Below the pieces are notes generated by a model. It saw only the letters and a program-made list of their open reading frames with translations. It searched no databases and was not told the DNA's origin. Made by a program: the position numbers and the translations under genes. A stretch of 16,006 bases of DNA from Deinococcaceae bacterium (lineage in GTDB: Bacteria; Deinococcota; Deinococci; Deinococcales; Trueperaceae), in NCBI GenBank assembly GCA_040256005.1, contig JBDZWC010000068.1, positions 1 through 16,006 of the forward strand, in the 5' to 3' direction. Shown piece by piece: positions 15,131-16,006 of this stretch (the first letter of the stretch is position 1; every line of letters starts with the position of its first letter).

Positions 15131-16006
15131 GTGCACGACCTGGAGGTCATCGTCGTGGGCGGCGGCATCGCCGGTGCCGCCCTGGCAGTGAGGCTGTCCT
15201 CGCTCGGGGCGGGCGTCACGGTGCTCGAGCGCGAGACCCGGTTCCGCGACCGCGTGCGCGGCGAGCTCCTGTACCCCTGGGGCGTGGTCGAGGCTCGCCT
15301 CCTGGGCGTGGCGGACGCGCTGGCCCCCGTCTCCAGGGAGCTGCGCCACTGGACCACCAAGATCCAGCCGCTCCACGCTTGGCGGAGCGACCTCACCCGC
15401 AGCGCGACCGCCGCCGGCCCCGCCATCACGTTCGTGCACGCCGAGGCGCAGGAGTCGCTCATCCAGGCCGCCGCCGCGGCGGGAGCGGAGGTCGTACGCG
15501 GCGCGGCGGTGAGGGGCGTCGAGCCCGGTACTCGGCCCGCCGTATCGCTCGGGCGAGCCGCCGGCCAGCGCGGCGCTCGCCTGGAGGCTGACCTGGTGGT
15601 GGGCGCGGACGGCCGCGGCTCGGTGACCGCGCGTACCGCCGGCTTCCAGACCCACGCTCGGGCGGAGACGCTGGTGCTGGCCGGAGCGATGTTCACAGGC
15701 GCCGAAGCCCCAGACGACACGGGCCACGTGTTCATGCGCCCGGACGCCGGTCTCCTGGGGCTGGTCGTACCGCTGCCCGGCGGGCGCCATCGGGCTTACG
15801 CCGGTTACCACACTGCGACGGGCAGGCGGAACCTCAGCGGTCCACCGGCACTACCCGCTTTCCGCGAGGTGATGGCTGGCGCCGGCATGCCGGCGCGGTG
15901 GCTGGACGACGCCGTGCTGGCGGGCCCGTTGGCGGAGTTCAGCGGCGCCGAGTGCTGGACCGAGCCGGCCGGCGACGGCGTGGCGCTCATCGGCGACGCG
16001 TCTGCT
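15131..16006 (+). CDS. FAD-dependent monooxygenase/oxidoreductase (UbiH/FAD_binding_3 class); runs off the right edge
   Basis: Not in the ORF track. From GTG 15131: VIVVGGGIAGAALA...VTVLERE (Rossmann fold), LVVGADG (DG motif) and VALIGDA (GD motif), all in one frame. Confidence 0.92.
   Translation, partial: MHDLEVIVVGGGIAGAALAVRLSSLGAGVTVLERETRFRDRVRGELLYPWGVVEARLLGVADALAPVSRELRHWTTKIQPLHAWRSDLTRSATAAGPAITFVHAEAQESLIQAAAAAGAEVVRGAAVRGVEPGTRPAVSLGRAAGQRGARLEADLVVGADGRGSVTARTAGFQTHARAETLVLAGAMFTGAEAPDDTGHVFMRPDAGLLGLVVPLPGGRHRAYAGYHTATGRRNLSGPPALPAFREVMAGAGMPARWLDDAVLAGPLAEFSGAECWTEPAGDGVALIGDASA

Noticed and set aside
1..16006. Mobile element, prophage or defence island
   Set aside because: I saw no integrase, transposase, nuclease, terminal repeats, tRNA or obvious compositional break.

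Overview
This is a high-GC bacterial chromosomal window with 15 clear protein-coding genes. I found no mobile element, CRISPR array or RNA gene. In order the genes are: the 5' part of a membrane pyrophosphatase (hppA, - strand); pgm coupled to a triple-repeat membrane protein; two divergent universal stress proteins; a SulP/STAS transporter; a divergent nucleotidyltransferase plus GHMP (HddA-like) kinase pair; an acidic FN3/(DP)n/CSLREA/beta-helix lipoprotein; a secreted DUF4139-type protein; an alpha/beta carboxylesterase; a DUF421 gene with an upstream membrane-anchored partner; an SRPBCC protein; and a truncated FAD-dependent monooxygenase. TANNNT -10 hexamers 6-8 nt before several start codons suggest leaderless mRNAs and a Deinococcota (Truepera-like) host, which is an inference. 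The best leads are the orphan sugar kinase/nucleotidyltransferase module with altered motifs, a long hairpin in the predicted hppA 5' UTR, a 23-aa upstream ORF coupled to sulP, and an MprA-box-like direct repeat between stress genes. None of these is a demonstrated novel system.
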